A stretch of 64,000 nucleotides of DNA from Narcine bancroftii. Its lineage: Eukaryota. Below are positions 38,601 through 53,600 of the stretch, in pieces (position 1 is the first letter of the stretch; every line of letters begins with the position of its first letter). The notes beneath the pieces were generated by a model. It was given only the letters and a program-made list of their open reading frames with translations. It was not told where the DNA came from and made no database searches. The translations under genes and the position numbers were made by a program. The stretch lies in contig NC_091476.1 of NCBI RefSeq assembly GCF_036971445.1, positions 81,840,001-81,904,000 of the forward strand, read 5' to 3'.

Positions 38601-41600
38601 GTGTTCGCTCCGTGTGACGGGATGGGGCTTCGCTCCGTGTGACGGGACGGCGCTTTCCTCTGTGTGACGGGACGGGGCTTTGCTCCGTGTGACGGGACGG
38701 TGCTGCGCTCCGTGTGACGGGACGGGGCTGCGCTCCGTGTGACGGGACGGGGCTGCGTTCCATGTGACGGGACGATGGCTTCTCTCCTTGTGACGGGACG
38801 GGGCATCTCTCCTCGTGACGGGACGGGGCTTCTCTCCTTGTGACGGGACGGGGCTTCGCTCCTTGTGACGGGACGGGGCTTCGCTCCGTGTGACGGGACA
38901 GGGTGAGACTTTGCTCTGTGTGACGGGTGAGGGCTCTATTCTGTGTCCCTGCCTCGGGAGAGTGTGACCGGACGGTGCTTCGCTCTGTGTGACTGGACAG
39001 GGCTTCACTCTGTCTCCCCGTCCCTGGAGTGTTTGACGGGACGGGGCGACCCTTTGTGTGACGCGACGTGGCGACGCTACTTGTCTCCGCCCCAGCATTG
39101 TGTGACGGGATGGCGCTTCACTCTCTGTCCCTGCCCCGGGAGTGTGACGGGACGGGGCTCCAGTCCGTGTAAAGGGTCGGGGCTTCGCTCCGTGTGACGG
39201 GAGTGGACGAGGCTTTGCTCTGTGTGACGGAAAGGGGATTTACTCTGTGTCCCTGCCCCGGGAGTGTGTGAAGGTTTGGGGCTTTGTTCTGTGTGACGGG
39301 ATGGGTCTTCACTCTGTGTGAAGGGACGGGGCTTCTCTCTGTGTGACGAGACGGGGCTTCGCTCCTCGTGACGGGACGGAGCTTCGCTCCTCGTGACGGG
39401 ACGGGGCTTCGCTCCGTGTGACGGGACGGGGCTTCGCTCCGCGTGACGGATCGGGGCTTTGCTCTGTGTCCCTGCCCCGGGAATGTGTGAAGGGTTGGGG
39501 CTTTGCTCTGTGTCTACACCCCAGGTATGTGTGACGGGACGGGCCTTTGCTCTGTCTGACGGGACGGCTTTGCTCTGTGTGACGGGACGGGGCTTTGCTC
39601 TGCGTGACGGCACGGGGCTTTGCTCTGTGTGACAGGACGGGGTTTGCTCTGTGTGACGGGATGGGTCTTAACTCTATGTGACGGGAAGGGGCTTCTCTCT
39701 GTGTGAAGGGACGAGGCTTCGCTCTATGTGACGGGACAGGACTTTGCTCCATGTGACGGGTCGGGGCTTCTCAGCGTGTGACGGGACGGTGCTTCGCTCC
39801 GTGTGACGGGATGTGGCTTCGATCCGTATGACGGGACGGGGATTCGCTCTGCGTGACGGGACGCGGCTTCACTCTGTTTCACCGCCCCTGGAGTTTTTGG
39901 CGGGACTGGGCGACGCTTTGTGTGATGGGACGGGGCGATGCTACGTGCCACCGCCCCAGCATTGTGCGACGGGATGGTGCTTCACTCTCTTCCCTGCCCC
40001 GGGAGTGTGACGGGACGGGGCTTCGCTCCGTGTGACGTATAGGGGCTTCGCTCCGTGTGACGGGAGAGGACGAGGATTTGCTCTGCGTAACGGGACAGGG
40101 CCTCGCTCTTTGTGACGGGACCGGGGTTACTCTGTGTCCCGGCCCCGGGAGTGTGTGAAGGGTTGGAGCTTTGCTCTGTGTACCCCACCCCAGGTTTGTG
40201 TGACGGGATGGGGCTTTGCTCTGCGTGACGGGACGGGGCTTTGCTCTGTGTGACGGGACGGGGCTTTGCTCTGTGTGACGGGATGGGTCTTCACTCTGAG
40301 TGACGGGACCGGGCTTCTCTCTGTGTGACGAGACGGGGCTTCGCTCCACGTGACGGGACATGACTTCGCACCTCGTGACGGGACGGGGCTTCGCTCCTCG
40401 TCACGGGACGGGGCTTCGCTCCGTGACGGGACGGGGCTTCGCTCCTCGTGACGGGACGGGGCTTCGCTCCACGTGACGGGACGGGGCTTCGCTCCTCGTG
40501 ACGGGACGGGGCTTCGCTCCGTGTGACGGGACGGGGCTTCGCTCCGTGTGACGGGACGGGGCTTCGCTCCGTGTGACTGGACGGGGCTTTCCTCTGTGTG
40601 ACGGGACGGGGCTTTGCTCCACGTGACGGGACGGGGCTGCGCTCCGTGTGACGGGACGGGGCTGCGCTCTGTGTGACGGGACGGGGCTGCGCTCCGTGTG
40701 ACTGGACGATGTCTTCTCCCGTTGTGACGGGACGGGGAATCTCTCCTCGTGACGGGACGGGGCTTCTCTCCTCGTGACGGGACGGCGCTTCGCTCCTTGT
40801 GACGGGACGGGGTTTCGCTCCTTGTGACGGACGGGGCTTCGCTCCGTCTGACGGGACAGGGTGAGACTTTGCTCTGTGTGACGGGTCAGGGCTTTATTCT
40901 GTGTCCCTGCCTCGGGTGAGTGTGACGGGACGGTGCTTCGCTCTGTGTGACTGGACAGGGCTTCACTCTGTCTCCCCGCCCCTGGAGTGTTTGACGGGAC
41001 GGGGCGACGTTTTTTGTGACGGGACATAGCGACGCTACGTGTCTCAGCCCCAGCATTGTGTGACGGGATGGCGATTCACTGTCTGTCCCTGCCCCGGGAG
41101 TGTGACGGGACGGGGCTCCAGTCCGTGTAAAGGGTCGGGGCTTCGCTCCGTGTGACGGGAGTGGACCATGCTTCGCTCCGTGTGACGGGACGGGGCTTCG
41201 CTCCGCTTGACGGATCGGGGCTTTGCTCTGTGTCCCTGCCCCGGGAATGTGTGAAGGGTTGGGGCTTTGCTCTGTGTCTACACCCCAGGTATGTGTGACG
41301 GGACGGGCTTTGCTCTGTGTGACGGGACGGGGCTTCGCTCCGTGTGACGGGACGGGGCTTCGCTCCGTGTGACGGGATGGGACTTCGCTCCGTGTGACAG
41401 GACGGTGCTTCGGTCCGTGTCACGGGATGGTGTTCGCTCCGTGTGACGGGATGGGGCTTTGCTCCGTGTGACGGGACGGCGCTTTCCTCTGTGTGACGGG
41501 ACGGGGCTTTGCTCCGTGTGACGGGACGGTGCTGCGCTCCGTTTGACGGGACGGTGCTGCGCTCCGTGTGACGGGACGGGGCTGCGCTCCGTGTGACGGG

Positions 41601-44600
41601 ACGGGGCTGCGCTCCATGTGACGGGACGATGGCTTCTCTCCTTGTGACGGGACGGGGCATCTCTCCTCGTGACGGGACGGGGCTTCTCTCCTTGTGACGG
41701 GACGGGGCTTCGCTCCTTGTGACGGGACGGGGCTTCGCTCCGTGTGACGGGACAGGGTGAGACTTTGCTCTGTGTGACGGGTGAGGGCTCTATTCTGTGT
41801 CCCTGCCTCGGGAGAGTGTGACGGGACGGTGCTTCGCTCTGTGTGACTGGACAGGGCTTCACTCTGTCTCCCCGTCCCTGGAGTGTTTGACGGGACGGGG
41901 CGACCCTTTGTGTGACGCGACGTGGCGACGCTACTTGTCTCCGCCCCAGCATTGTGTGACGGGATGGCGCTTCACTCTCTGTCCCTGCCCCGGGAGTGTG
42001 ACGGGACGGGGCTCCAGTCCGTGTAAAGGGTCGGGGCTTCGCTCCGTGTGACGGGAGTGGACGAGGCTTTGCTCTGTGTGACGGAAAGGGGGTTTACTCT
42101 GTGTCCCTGCCCCGGGAGTGTGTGAAGGTTTGGGGCTTTGTTCTGTGTGACGGGATGGGTCTTCACTCTGTGTGAATGGATGTGGTTTCTCTCTGTGTGA
42201 CGAGACGGGGCTTCGCTCCTCGTGACGGGACGGGGCTTCGCTCCTCGTGATGGGACCGGGCTTCGCTCCTCGTGACGGGACGGGGCTTCGCTCCTCGTGA
42301 CGGGACGGGGCTTCGCTCCGTGTGACGGGACGGGGCTTCGCTCCGCGTGACGGATCGGGGCTTTGCTCTGTGTCCCTGCCCCGGGAATGTGTGAAGGGTT
42401 GGGGCTTTGCTCTGTGTCTACACCCCAGGTATGTGTGACGGGACGGGCCTTTGCTCTGTCTGACGGGACGGCTTTGCTCTGTGTGACGGGACGGGGCTTT
42501 GCTCTGCGTGACGGCACGGGGCTTTGCTCTGTGTGACAGGACGGGGTTTGCTCTGTGTGACGGGATGGGTCTTAACTCTGTGTGACGGGAAGGGGCTTCT
42601 CTCTGTGTGAAGGGACGAGGCTTCGCTCTATGTGACGGGACAGGACTTTGCTCCATGTGACGGGTCGGGGCTTCTCAGCGTGTGACGGGACGGTGCTTCG
42701 CTCCGTGTGACGGGATGTGGCTTCGATCCGTATGACGGGACGGGGATTCGCTCTGCGTGACGGGACGCGGCTTCACTCTGTTTCACCGCCCCTGGAGTTT
42801 TTGGCGGGACTGGGCGACGCTTTGTGTGATGGGACGGGGCGATGCTACCTGCCACCGCCCCAGCATTGTGCGACGGGATGGTGCTTCACTCTCTTCCCTG
42901 CCCCGGGAGTGTGACGGGACGGGGCTTCGCTCCGTGTGACGTATAGGGGCTTCGCTCCGTGTGACGGGAGAGGACGAGGATTTGCTCTGCGTAACGGGAC
43001 AGGGCCTCGCTCTTTGTGACGGGACCGGGGTTTACTCTGTGTCCCGGCCCCGGGAGTGTGTGAAGGGTTGGAGCTTTGCTCTGTGTACCCCACCCCAGGT
43101 TTGTGTGACGGAACGGTGCTGCGCTCCGTGTGACGGGACGGGGCTGCGCTCCGTGTGACGGGACGGGGCTGCGCTCCATTGTGACGGGACGATGGCTTCT
43201 CTCCTTGTGACGGGACGGGGCATCTCTCCTCGTGACGGGACGGGGTTCTCTCCTTGTGACGGGACGGGGCTTCGCTCCTTGTGACGGGACATGGCGACGC
43301 TACGTGTCTCAGCCCCAGCATTGTGTGACGGGATGGCGATTCACTGTCTGTCCCTGCCCCGGGAGTGTGACGGGACGGGGCTCCAGTCCGTGTAAAGGGT
43401 CGGGGCTTCGCTCCGTGTGACGGGAGTGGACCATGCTTCGCTCCGTGTGACGGGACGGGGCTTCGCTCCGCTTGACGGATCGGGGCTTTGCTCTGTGTCC
43501 CTGCCCCGGGAATGTGTGAAGGGTTGGGGCTTTGCTCTGTGTCTACACCCCAGGTATGTGTGACGGGACGGGCTTTGCTCTGTGTGACGGGACGGGGCTT
43601 CGCTCCGTGTGACGGGACGGGGCTTCGCTCCGTGTGACGGGATGGGACTTCGCTCCGTGTGACAGGACGGTGCTTCGGTCCGTGTCACGGGATGGTGTTC
43701 GCTCCGTGTGACGGGATGGGGCTTTGCTCCGTGTGACGGGACGGCGCTTTCCTCTGTGTGACGGGACGGGGCTTTGCTCCGTGTGACGGGACGGTGCTGC
43801 GCTCCGTTTGACGGGACGGTGCTGCGCTCCGTGTGACGGGACGGGGCTGCGCTCCGTGTGACGGGACGGGGCTGCGCTCCATGTGACGGGACGATGGCTT
43901 CTCTCCTTGTGACGGGACGGGGCATCTCTCCTCGTGACGGGACGGGGCTTCTCTCCTTGTGACGGGACGGGGCTTCGCTCCGTGTGACGGGACAGGGTGA
44001 GACTTTGCTCTGTGTGACGGGTGAGGGCTCTATTCTGTGTCCCTGCCTCGGGAGAGTGTGACGGGACGGTGCTTCGCTCTGTGTGACTGGACAGGGCTTC
44101 ACTCTGTCTCCCCGTCCCTGGAGTGTTTGACGGGACGGGGCGACCCTTTGTGTGACGCGACGTGGCGATGCCACTTGTCTCCGCCCCAGCATTGTGTGAC
44201 GGGATGGCGCTTCACTCTCTGTCCCTGCCCCGGGAGTGTGACGGGACGGGGCTCCAGTCCGTGTAAAGGGTCGGGGCTTCGCTCCGTGTGACGGGAGTGG
44301 ACGAGGCTTTGCTCTGTGTGACGGAAAGGGGGTTTACTCTGTGTCCCTGCCCCGGGAGTGTGTGAAGGTTTGGGGCTTTGTTCTGTGTGACGGGATGGGT
44401 CTTCACTCTGTGTGAATGGATGTGGTTTCTCTCTGTGTGACGAGACGGGGCTTCGCTCCTCGTGACGGGACGGGGCTTCGCTCCTCGTGACGGGACGGGG
44501 CTTCGCTCCGTGTGACGGGACGGGGCTTCGCTCCGCGTGACGGATCGGGGCTTTGCTCTGTGTCCCTGCCCCGGGAATGTGTGAAGGGTTGGGGCTTTGC

Positions 44601-47600
44601 TCTGTGTCTACACCCCAGGTATGTGTGACGGGACGGGCCTTTGCTCTGTCTGACGGGACGGCTTTGCTCTGTGTGACGGGACGGGGCTTTGCTCTGCGTG
44701 ACGGCACGGGGCTTTGCTCTGTGTGACAGGACGGGGTTTGCTCTGTGTGACGGGATGGGTCTTAACTCTGTGTGACGGGAAGGGGCTTCTCTCTGTGTGA
44801 AGGGACGAGGCTTCGCTCTATGTGACGGGACAGGACTTTGCTCCATGTGACGGGTCGGGGCTTCTCAGCGTGTGACGGGACGGTGCTTCGCTCCGTGTGA
44901 CGGGATGTGGCTTCGATCCGTATGACGGGACGGGGATTCGCTCTGCGTGACGGGACGCGGCTTCACTCTGTTTCACCGCCCCTGGAGTTTTTGGCGGGAC
45001 TGGGTGACGCTTTGTGTGATGGGACGGGGCGATGCTACGTGCCACCGCCCCAGCATTGTGCGACGGGATGGTGCTTCACTCTCTTCCCTGCCCCGGGAGT
45101 GTGACGGGACGGGGCTTCGCTCCGTGTGACGTATAGGGGCTTCGCTCCGTGTGACGGGAGAGGACGAGGATTTGCTCTGCGTAACGGGACAGGGCCTCGC
45201 TCTTTGTGACGGGACCGGGGTTTACTCTGTGTCCCGGCCCCGGGAGTGTGTGAAGGGTTGGAGCTTTGCTCTGTGTACCCCACCCCAGGTTTGTGTGACG
45301 GGACGGTGCTGCGCTCCGTGTGACGGGACGGGGCTGCGCTCCGTGTGACGGGACGGGGCTGCGCTCCATTGTGACGGGACGATGGCTTCTCTCCTTGTGA
45401 CGGGACGGGGCATCTCTCCTCGTGACGGGACGGGGTTCTCTCCTTGTGACGGGACGGGGCTTCGCTCCTTGTGACGGGACATGGCGACGCTACGTGTCTC
45501 AGCCCCAGCATTGTGTGACGGGATGGCGATTCACTGTCTGTCCCTGCCCCGGGAGTGTGACGGGACGCGGCTCCAGTCCGTGTAAAGGGTCGGGGCTTCG
45601 CTCCGTGTGACGGGAGTGGACCATGCTTCGCTCCGTGTGACGGGACGGGGCTTCGCTCCGCTTGACGGATCGGGGCTTTGCTCTGTGTCCCTGCCCCGGG
45701 AATGTGTGAAGGGTTGGGGCTTTGCTCTGTGTCTACACCCCAGGTATGTGTGACGGGACGGGCTTTGCTCTGTGTGACGGGACGGGGCTTCGCTCCGTGT
45801 GACGGGACGGGGCTTCGCTCCGTGTGACGGGATGGGACTTCGCTCCGTGTGACAGGACGGTGCTTCGGTCCGTGTCACGGGATGGTGTTCGCTCCGTGTG
45901 ACGGGATGGGGCTTTGCTCCGTGTGACGGGACGGCGCTTTCCTCTGTGTGACGGGACGGGGCTTTGCTCCGTGTGACGGGACGGTGCTGCGCTCCGTTTG
46001 ACGGGACGGTGCTGCGCTCCGTGTGACGGGACGGGGCTGCGCTCCGTGTGACGGGACGGGGCTGCGCTCCATGTGACGGGACGATGGCTTCTCTCCTTGT
46101 GACGGGACGGGGCATCTCTCCTCGTGACGGGACGGGGCTTCCCTCCTTGTGACGGGACGGGGCTTCGCTCCTTGTGACGGGACGGGGCTTCGCTCCGTGT
46201 GACGGGACAGGGTGAGACTTTGCTCTGTGTGACGGGTGAGGGCTCTATTCTGTGTCCCTGCCTCGGGAGAGTGTGACGGGACGGTGCTTCGCTCTGTGTG
46301 ACTGGACAGGGCTTCACTCTGTCTCCCCGTCCCTGGAGTGTTTGACGGGACGGGGCGACCCTTTGTGTGACGCGACGTGGCGACGCTACTTGTCTCCGCC
46401 CCAGCATTGTGTGACGGGATGGCGCTTCACTCTCTGTCCCTGCCCCGGGAGTGTGACGGGACGGGGCTCCAGTCCGTGTAAAGGGTCGGGGCTTCGCTCC
46501 GTGTGACGGGAGTGGACGAGGCTTTGCTCTGTGTGACGGAAAGGGGGTTTACTCTGTGTCCCTGCCCCGGGAGTGTGTGAAGGTTTGGGGCTTTGTTCTG
46601 TGTGACGGGATGGGTCTTCACTCTGTGTGAATGGATGTGGTTTCTCTCTGTGTGACGAGACGGGGCTTCGCTCCTCGTGACGGGACGGGGCTTCGCTCCT
46701 CGTGATGGGACCGGGCTTCGCTCCTCGTGACGGGACGGGGCTTCGCTCCTCGTGACGGGACGGGGCTTCGCTCCGTGTGACGGGACGGGGCTTCGCTCCG
46801 CGTGACGGATCGGGGCTTTGCTCTGTGTCCCTGCCCCGGGAATGTGTGAAGGGTTGGGGCTTTGCTCTGTGTCTACACCCCAGGTATGTGTGACGGGACG
46901 GGCCTTTGCTCTGTCTGACGGGACGGCTTTGCTCTGTGTGACGGGACGGGGCTTTGCTCTGCGTGACGGCACGGGGCTTTGCTCTGTGTGACAGGACGGG
47001 GTTTGCTCTGTGTGACGGGATGGGTCTTAACTCTGTGTGACGGGAAGGGGCTTCTCTCTGTGTGAAGGGACGAGGCTTCGCTCTATGTGACGGGACAGGA
47101 CTTTGCACCATGTGACGGGTCGGGGCTTCTCAGCGTGTGACGGGACGGTGCTTCGCTCCGTGTGACGGGATGTGGCTTCGATCCGTATGACGGGACGGGG
47201 ATTCGCTCTGCGTGACGGGACGCGGCTTCACTCTGTTTCACCGCCCCTGGAGTTTTTGGCGGGACTGGGCGACGCTTTGTGTGATGGGACGGGGCGATGC
47301 TACGTGCCACCGCCCCAGCATTGTGCGACGGGATGGTGCTTCACTCTCTTCCCTGCCCCGGGAGTGTGACGGGACGGGGCTTCGCTCCGTGTGACGTATA
47401 GGGGCTTCGCTCCGTGTGACGGGAGAGGACGAGGATTTGCTCTGCGTAACGGGACAGGGCCTCGCTCTTTGTGACGGGACCGGGGTTTACTCTGTGTCCC
47501 GGCCCCGGGAGTGTGTGAAGGGTTGGAGCTTTGCTCTGTGTACCCCACCCCAGGTTTGTGTGACGGGACGGGGCTTTGCTCTGTGTGACGGGACGGGGCT

Positions 47601-50600
47601 TTGCTCTGTGTGACGGGATGGGTCTTCACTCTGAGTGACGGGACCGGGCTTCTCTCCGTGTGACGAGACGGGGCTTCGCTCCGTGTGACGGGACGGGGCT
47701 TCGCTCCGTGTGACTGGACGGGGCTTTCCTCTGTGTGACGGGACGGGGCTTTCCTCTGTGTGACGGGACGGGGCTGCGCTCCGTGTGACGGGACGGGGCT
47801 GCGCTCCGTGTGACGGGACGGGGCTGCGCTCCGTGTGACGGGACGATGTCTTCTCCCGTTGTGACGGGACGGGGAATCTCTCCTCGTGACGGGACGGGGC
47901 TTCTCTCCTCGTGACGGGACGGCGCTTCGCTCCTTGTGACGGGACGGGGTTTCGCTCCTTGTGACGGACGGGGCTTCGCTCCGTCTGACGGGACAGGGTG
48001 AGACTTTGCTCTGTGTGACGGGTCAGGGCTTTATTCTGTGTCCCTGCCTCGGGTGAGTGTGACGGGACGGTGTTTCGCTCTGTGTGACTGGACAGGGCTT
48101 CACTCTGTCTCCCCGCCCCTGGAGTGTTTGACGGGACGGGGCGACGTTTTTCGTGACGGGACATGGCGACGCTACGTGTCTCAGCCCCAGCATTGTGTGA
48201 CGGGATGGCGATTCACTGTCTGTCCCTGCCCCGGGAGTGTGACGGGACGGGGCTCCAGTCCGTGTAAAGGGTCGGGGCTTCGCTCCGTGTGACGGGAGTG
48301 GACCATGCTTCGCTCCGTGTGACGGGACGGGGCTTCGCTCCGCTTGACGGATCGGGGCTTTGCTCTGTGTCCCTGCCCCGGGAATGTGTGAAGGGTTGGG
48401 GCTTTGCTCTGTGTCTACACCCCAGGTATGTGTGACGGGACGGGCTTTGCTCTGTGTGACGGGACGGGGCTTCGCTCCGTGTGACACGACGGGGCTTCGC
48501 TCCGTGTGACGGGATGGGACTTCGCTCCGTGTGACAGGACGGTGCTTCGGTCCGTGTCACGGGATGGTGTTCGCTCCGTGTGACGGGATGGGGCTTCGCT
48601 CCGTGTGACGGGACGGCGCTTTCCTCTGTGTGATGGGACGGGGCTTTGCTCCGTGTGACGGGACGGTGCTGCGCTCCGTGTGACGGGACGGTGCTGCGCT
48701 CCGTGTGACGGGACGGGGCTGCGCTCCGTGTGACGGGACGGGGCTGCGCTCCATGTGACGGGACGATGGCTTCTCTCCTTGTGACGGGACGGGGCATCTC
48801 TCCTCGTGACGGGACGGGGCTTCTCTCCTCGTGACGGGACGGGGCATCTCTCCTCGTGACGGGACGGGGCTTCTCTCCTTGTGACGGGACGGGGCTTCGC
48901 TTCTTGTGACGGGACGGGGCTTCGCTCCGTGTGACGGGACAGGGTGAGACTTTGCTCTGTGTGACGGGTAAGGGCTCTATTCTGTGTCCCTGCCTCGGGA
49001 GAGTGTGACGGGACGGTGCTTCGCTCTGTGTGACTGGACAGGGCTTCACTCTGTCTCCCCGTCCCTGGAGTGTTTGACGGGACGGGGCGACCCTTTGTGT
49101 GACGCGACGTGGCGACGCTACTTGTCTCCGCCCCAGCATTGTGTGACGGGATGGCGCTTCACTCTCTGTCCCTGCCCCGGGAGTGTGACGGGACGGGGCT
49201 CCAGTCCATGTAAAGGGTCGGGGCTTCGCTCCGTGTGACGGGAGTGGACGAGGCTTTGCTCTGTGTGACGGAAAGGGGATTTACTCTGTGTCCCTGCCCC
49301 GGGAGTGTGTGAAGGTTTGGGGCTTTGTTCTGTGTGACGGAATGGGTCTTCACTCTGTGTGAAGGGACGGGGCTTCTCTCTGTGTGACGAGACGGGGCTT
49401 CGCTCCTCGTGACGGGACGGGGCTTCGCTCCTCGTGATGGGACCGGGCTTTGCTCCTCGTGACGGGACGTGGCTTCGCTCCCCGTGACGGGACGGGGCTT
49501 CGCTCCGTGTGACGGGACTGGGCTTCGCTCCGCGTGACGGATCGGGGCTTTGCTCTGTGTCCCTGCCCCGGGAATGTGTGAAGGGTTGGGGCTTTGCTCT
49601 GTGTCTACACCCCAGGTATGTGTGACGGGACGGGCCTTTGCTCTGTCTGACGGGACGGCTTTGCTCTGTGTGACGGGACGGGGCTTTGCTCTGCGTGACG
49701 GCACGGGGCTTTGCTCTGTGTGACGGGAAGGGGATTTGCTCTGTGTGACAGGACGGGGTTTGCTCTGTGTGACGGGATGGGTCTTAACTCTGTGTGACGG
49801 GAAGGGGCTTCTCTCTGTGTGAAGGGACGAGGCTTCGCTCTATGTGACGGGACAGGAGTTTGCTCCATGTGACGGGTCGGGGCTTCTCAGCGTGTGACGG
49901 GACGGTGCTTCGCTCCGTGTGACGGGATGTGGCTTCGATCCGTATGACGGGACGGGGATTCGCTCTGCGTGACGGGACGCGGCTTCACTCTGTTTCACCG
50001 CCCCTGGAGTTTTTGGCGGGACTGGGCGACGCTTTGTGTGATGGGACGGGGCGATGCTACGTGCCACCGCCCCAGCATTGTGCGACGGGATGGTGCTTCA
50101 CTCTCTTCCCTGCCCCGGGAGTGTGACGGGACTGGGCTTCGTTCCGTGTGACGTATAGGGGCTTCGCTCCGTGTGACGGGAGAGGACGAGGATTTGCTCT
50201 GCGTAACGGGACAGGGCCTCGCTCTTTGTGACGGGACCGGGGTTTACTCTGTGTCCCGGCCCCGGGAGTGTGTGAAGGGTTGGAGCTTTGCTCTGTGTAC
50301 CCCACCCCAGGTTTGTGTGACGGGATGGGGCTTTGCTCTGTGTGACGGGACGGGGCTTTGCTCTGTGTGACGGGACGGGGCTTTGCTCTGTGTGACGGGA
50401 TGGGTCTTCACTCTGAGTGACGGGACCGGGCTTCTCTCTGTGTGACGAGACGGGGCTTCGCTCCACGTGACGGGACGGGACTTCGCACCTCGTGACGGGA
50501 CGTGGCTTCGCTCCTCGTGACGACACGGGGCTTCGCTCTGTGACGGGACGGGGCTTCGCTCCTCGTGACGGGACGGGGCTTCGCTCCACGTGACGGGACG

Positions 50601-53600
50601 GGGCTTCGCTCCTCGTGACGGGACGGGGCTTCGCTCCTCTTGACGGGACGGGGCTTTGCTCCTCGTGACCGTACGGGGCTTCGCTCCTCGTGACTGGACG
50701 GGGCTTCGCTCCTCGTGACGGGACGGGGCTTCGCTCCTCGTGAAGGGACGGGGCTTCGCTCCTCGTGACGGGACGGGGCTTCGCTCCTCGTGACGGGACG
50801 GGGCTTCGCTCCTTGTGACGGGACGGGGCTTCGCTCCTTGTCCCTGCCATGGGAGTGTGTGACGGGAAGGGGCTTCGCTCTGTATGACGGTATGGGGCTT
50901 CACTCTGTCTCCCCGCCCCAGGAGTGTGTGAAGGGTTGGGGCTTTGCTCTGAGTCCCTGCCCCAGGTGTGTGTGATGGGACGGGACGGGGCATCGCTGCG
51001 TGTGACGGAAGGGGCTTTGTTCCGTGTGACGGGACGGGGCTTCGCTCCGTGTGACGGGACGGGGCTTCGCTCCGTGTGACGGGACGGGGCTTCGCTCCAT
51101 GTGACGTGACGGGGCTTCGCTCCGTGTGACGGGACGGGGCTTCGCTCCGTGTGACGGGACGGGGCTTTCCTCTGTGTGACGGGACGGGGCTTTGCTCCAT
51201 GTGACACGACGGGGATGCGCTCCGTGTGACGGGACGGGGCTGCGCTCTGTGTGATGGGACGGGGCTGCGCTCCGTGTGACGGGACGATGTCTTCTCTCGT
51301 TGTGACGGGACGGGGAATCTCTCCTCGTGACGGGACGGGGCTTCTCTGCTTGTGACGGGACGGGGCTTCGCTCCTTGTGACGGGACGTGGCTTCGCTCCT
51401 CGTGACGGGACGGGGCTTCGCTCCTCGTGACGGGACGGGGCTTCGCTCCTTGTGACGGGACGTGGCGACGCTACGTGTCTCAGCCCCAGCATTGTATGAC
51501 GGTATGGGGCTTCACTCTGTCTCCCCGCCCCAGAAGTGTGTGAAGGGTTGGGGCTTTGCTCTGAGTCCCTGCCCCAGGTGTGTGTGATGGGACGGGACGG
51601 GGCATCGCTCCGTGTGACGGAAGGGGCTTCGTTCCGTGTGACGGGACGGGGCTTCGCTCCGTGTGACGGGACGGGGCTTCGCTCCGTGTGACGGGACGGG
51701 GCTTCGCTCCTTGTGACGGGACGAGGCTTTCCTCTGTGTGACGGGACGGGGCTTCGCTCCGTGTGACGGATAGGGGCTTCGCTCCGTGTGACGGGAGAGG
51801 ACGAGGATTTGCTCTGCGTAACGGGACAGGGCCTCGCTCTTTGTGACGGGACCGGGATTTACTCTGTGTCCCGGCTCCGGGAGTGTGTGAAGGGTTGGAG
51901 CTTTGCTCTGTGTCCCCACCCTAGGTTTATGTGACGGGATGGGGCTTTGCTCTGTGTGACGGGACGGGGCTTTGCTCTGTGTGACGGGACGGGGCTTTGC
52001 TCTGTGTGACGGGATGGGTCTTCACTCTGTGTGACGGGACGGGGCTTCGCTCGAAGTGACGGGACGGGACTTCGCTCCTCGTGACGGGACGGGGCTTCGC
52101 TCCTCGTGACGGGACGGGGCTTCGCTCCTCGTGACGGGACGGGGCTTCGCTCCTCGTGATGGGACGGGGCTTCGCTCCTCGTGGCGGGACGGGGCTTCGC
52201 TCCACGTGACGGGACGGGGCTTCGCTCCTCGTGACGGGACGGGGCTTTGCTCCTCTTGACGGGACGGGGCTTCGCTCCTTGTGACCGTACGGGGCTTCGC
52301 TCCTCGTGACGGGACGGGGCTTCGCTCCTCGTGACGGGACGGGGCTTCGCTCCTCGTGACGGGACGGGGCTTTGCTCCTTGTGACGGGACGGGGCTTCGC
52401 TCCTTGTCCCTGCCATGGGAGTGTGTGACGGGAAGGGCTTCGCTCTGTATGACGGTATGGGGCTTCACTCTGTCTCCCCGCCCCAGAAGTGTGTGAAGGG
52501 TTGGGGCTTTGCTCTGAGTCCCTGCCCCAGGTGTGTGTGATGGGACGGGACGGGGCATCGCTCCGTGTGACGGAAGGGGCTTCGTTCCGTGTGACGGGAC
52601 GGGGCTTCGCTCCGTGTGACGGGACGGGGCTTCGCTCCGTGTGACGGGACAGGGTGAGACTTTGCTCTGTGTGACGGGTGAGGGCTCTATTCTGTGTCCC
52701 TGCCTCGGGAGAGTGTGACGGGACGGTGCTTCGCTCTGTGTGACTGGACAGGGCTTCACTCTGTCTCCCCGTCCCTGGAGTGTTTTACGGGACGGGGCGA
52801 CCCTTTGTGTGACGGGACGTGGCGACGCTACTTGTCTCCGCCCCAGCATTGTGTGACGGGATGGCGCTTCACTCTCTGTCCCTGCCCCGGGAGTGTGACG
52901 GGACGGGGCTCCAGTCCGTGTAAAGGGTCGGGGCTTCGCTCCATGTGACGGGAGTGGACGAGGCTTTGCTCTGTGTGACGGAAAGGGTATTTACTCTGTG
53001 TCCCTGCCCCGGGAGTGTGTGAAGGGTTGGGGCTTTGTTCTGTGTGACGGGACAGGGCTTTGCTCTGTGGGACGGGACGGGGCTTTGCTCTGTGTGACGG
53101 GATGGGTCTTCACTCTGTGTGACGGGACGGGGCTTCGCTCCAAGTGACGGGACGGGACTTCGCTCCTCGTGACGGGACGGGGCTTCGCTCCTCGTTACGG
53201 GACGGGGCTTCGCTCCTCGTGACGAGACGGGGCTTCGCTCCATGTGACGGGACGGGGCTTCGCTCCTCGTGACGGGACGGGGCTTTGCTCCTCTTGACGG
53301 GACGGGGCTTCGCTCCTCGTGACCGTACGGGGCTTCGCTCCTCGTGACGGGACGGGGCTTCGCTCCTCGTGACGGGACGGGGCTTCGCTCCTCGTGACGG
53401 GACGGGGCTTCGCTCCTTGTGACGGGACGGGGCTTCGCTCCTTGTCCCTGCCATGGGAGTGTGTGACGGGAAGGGCTTCGCTCTGTATGACGGTATGGGG
53501 CTTCACTCTGTCTCCCCGCCCCAGAAGTGTGTGAAAGGTTGGGGCTTTGCTCTGAGTCCCTGCCCCAGGTGTGTGTGATGGGACGGGACGGGGCATCGCT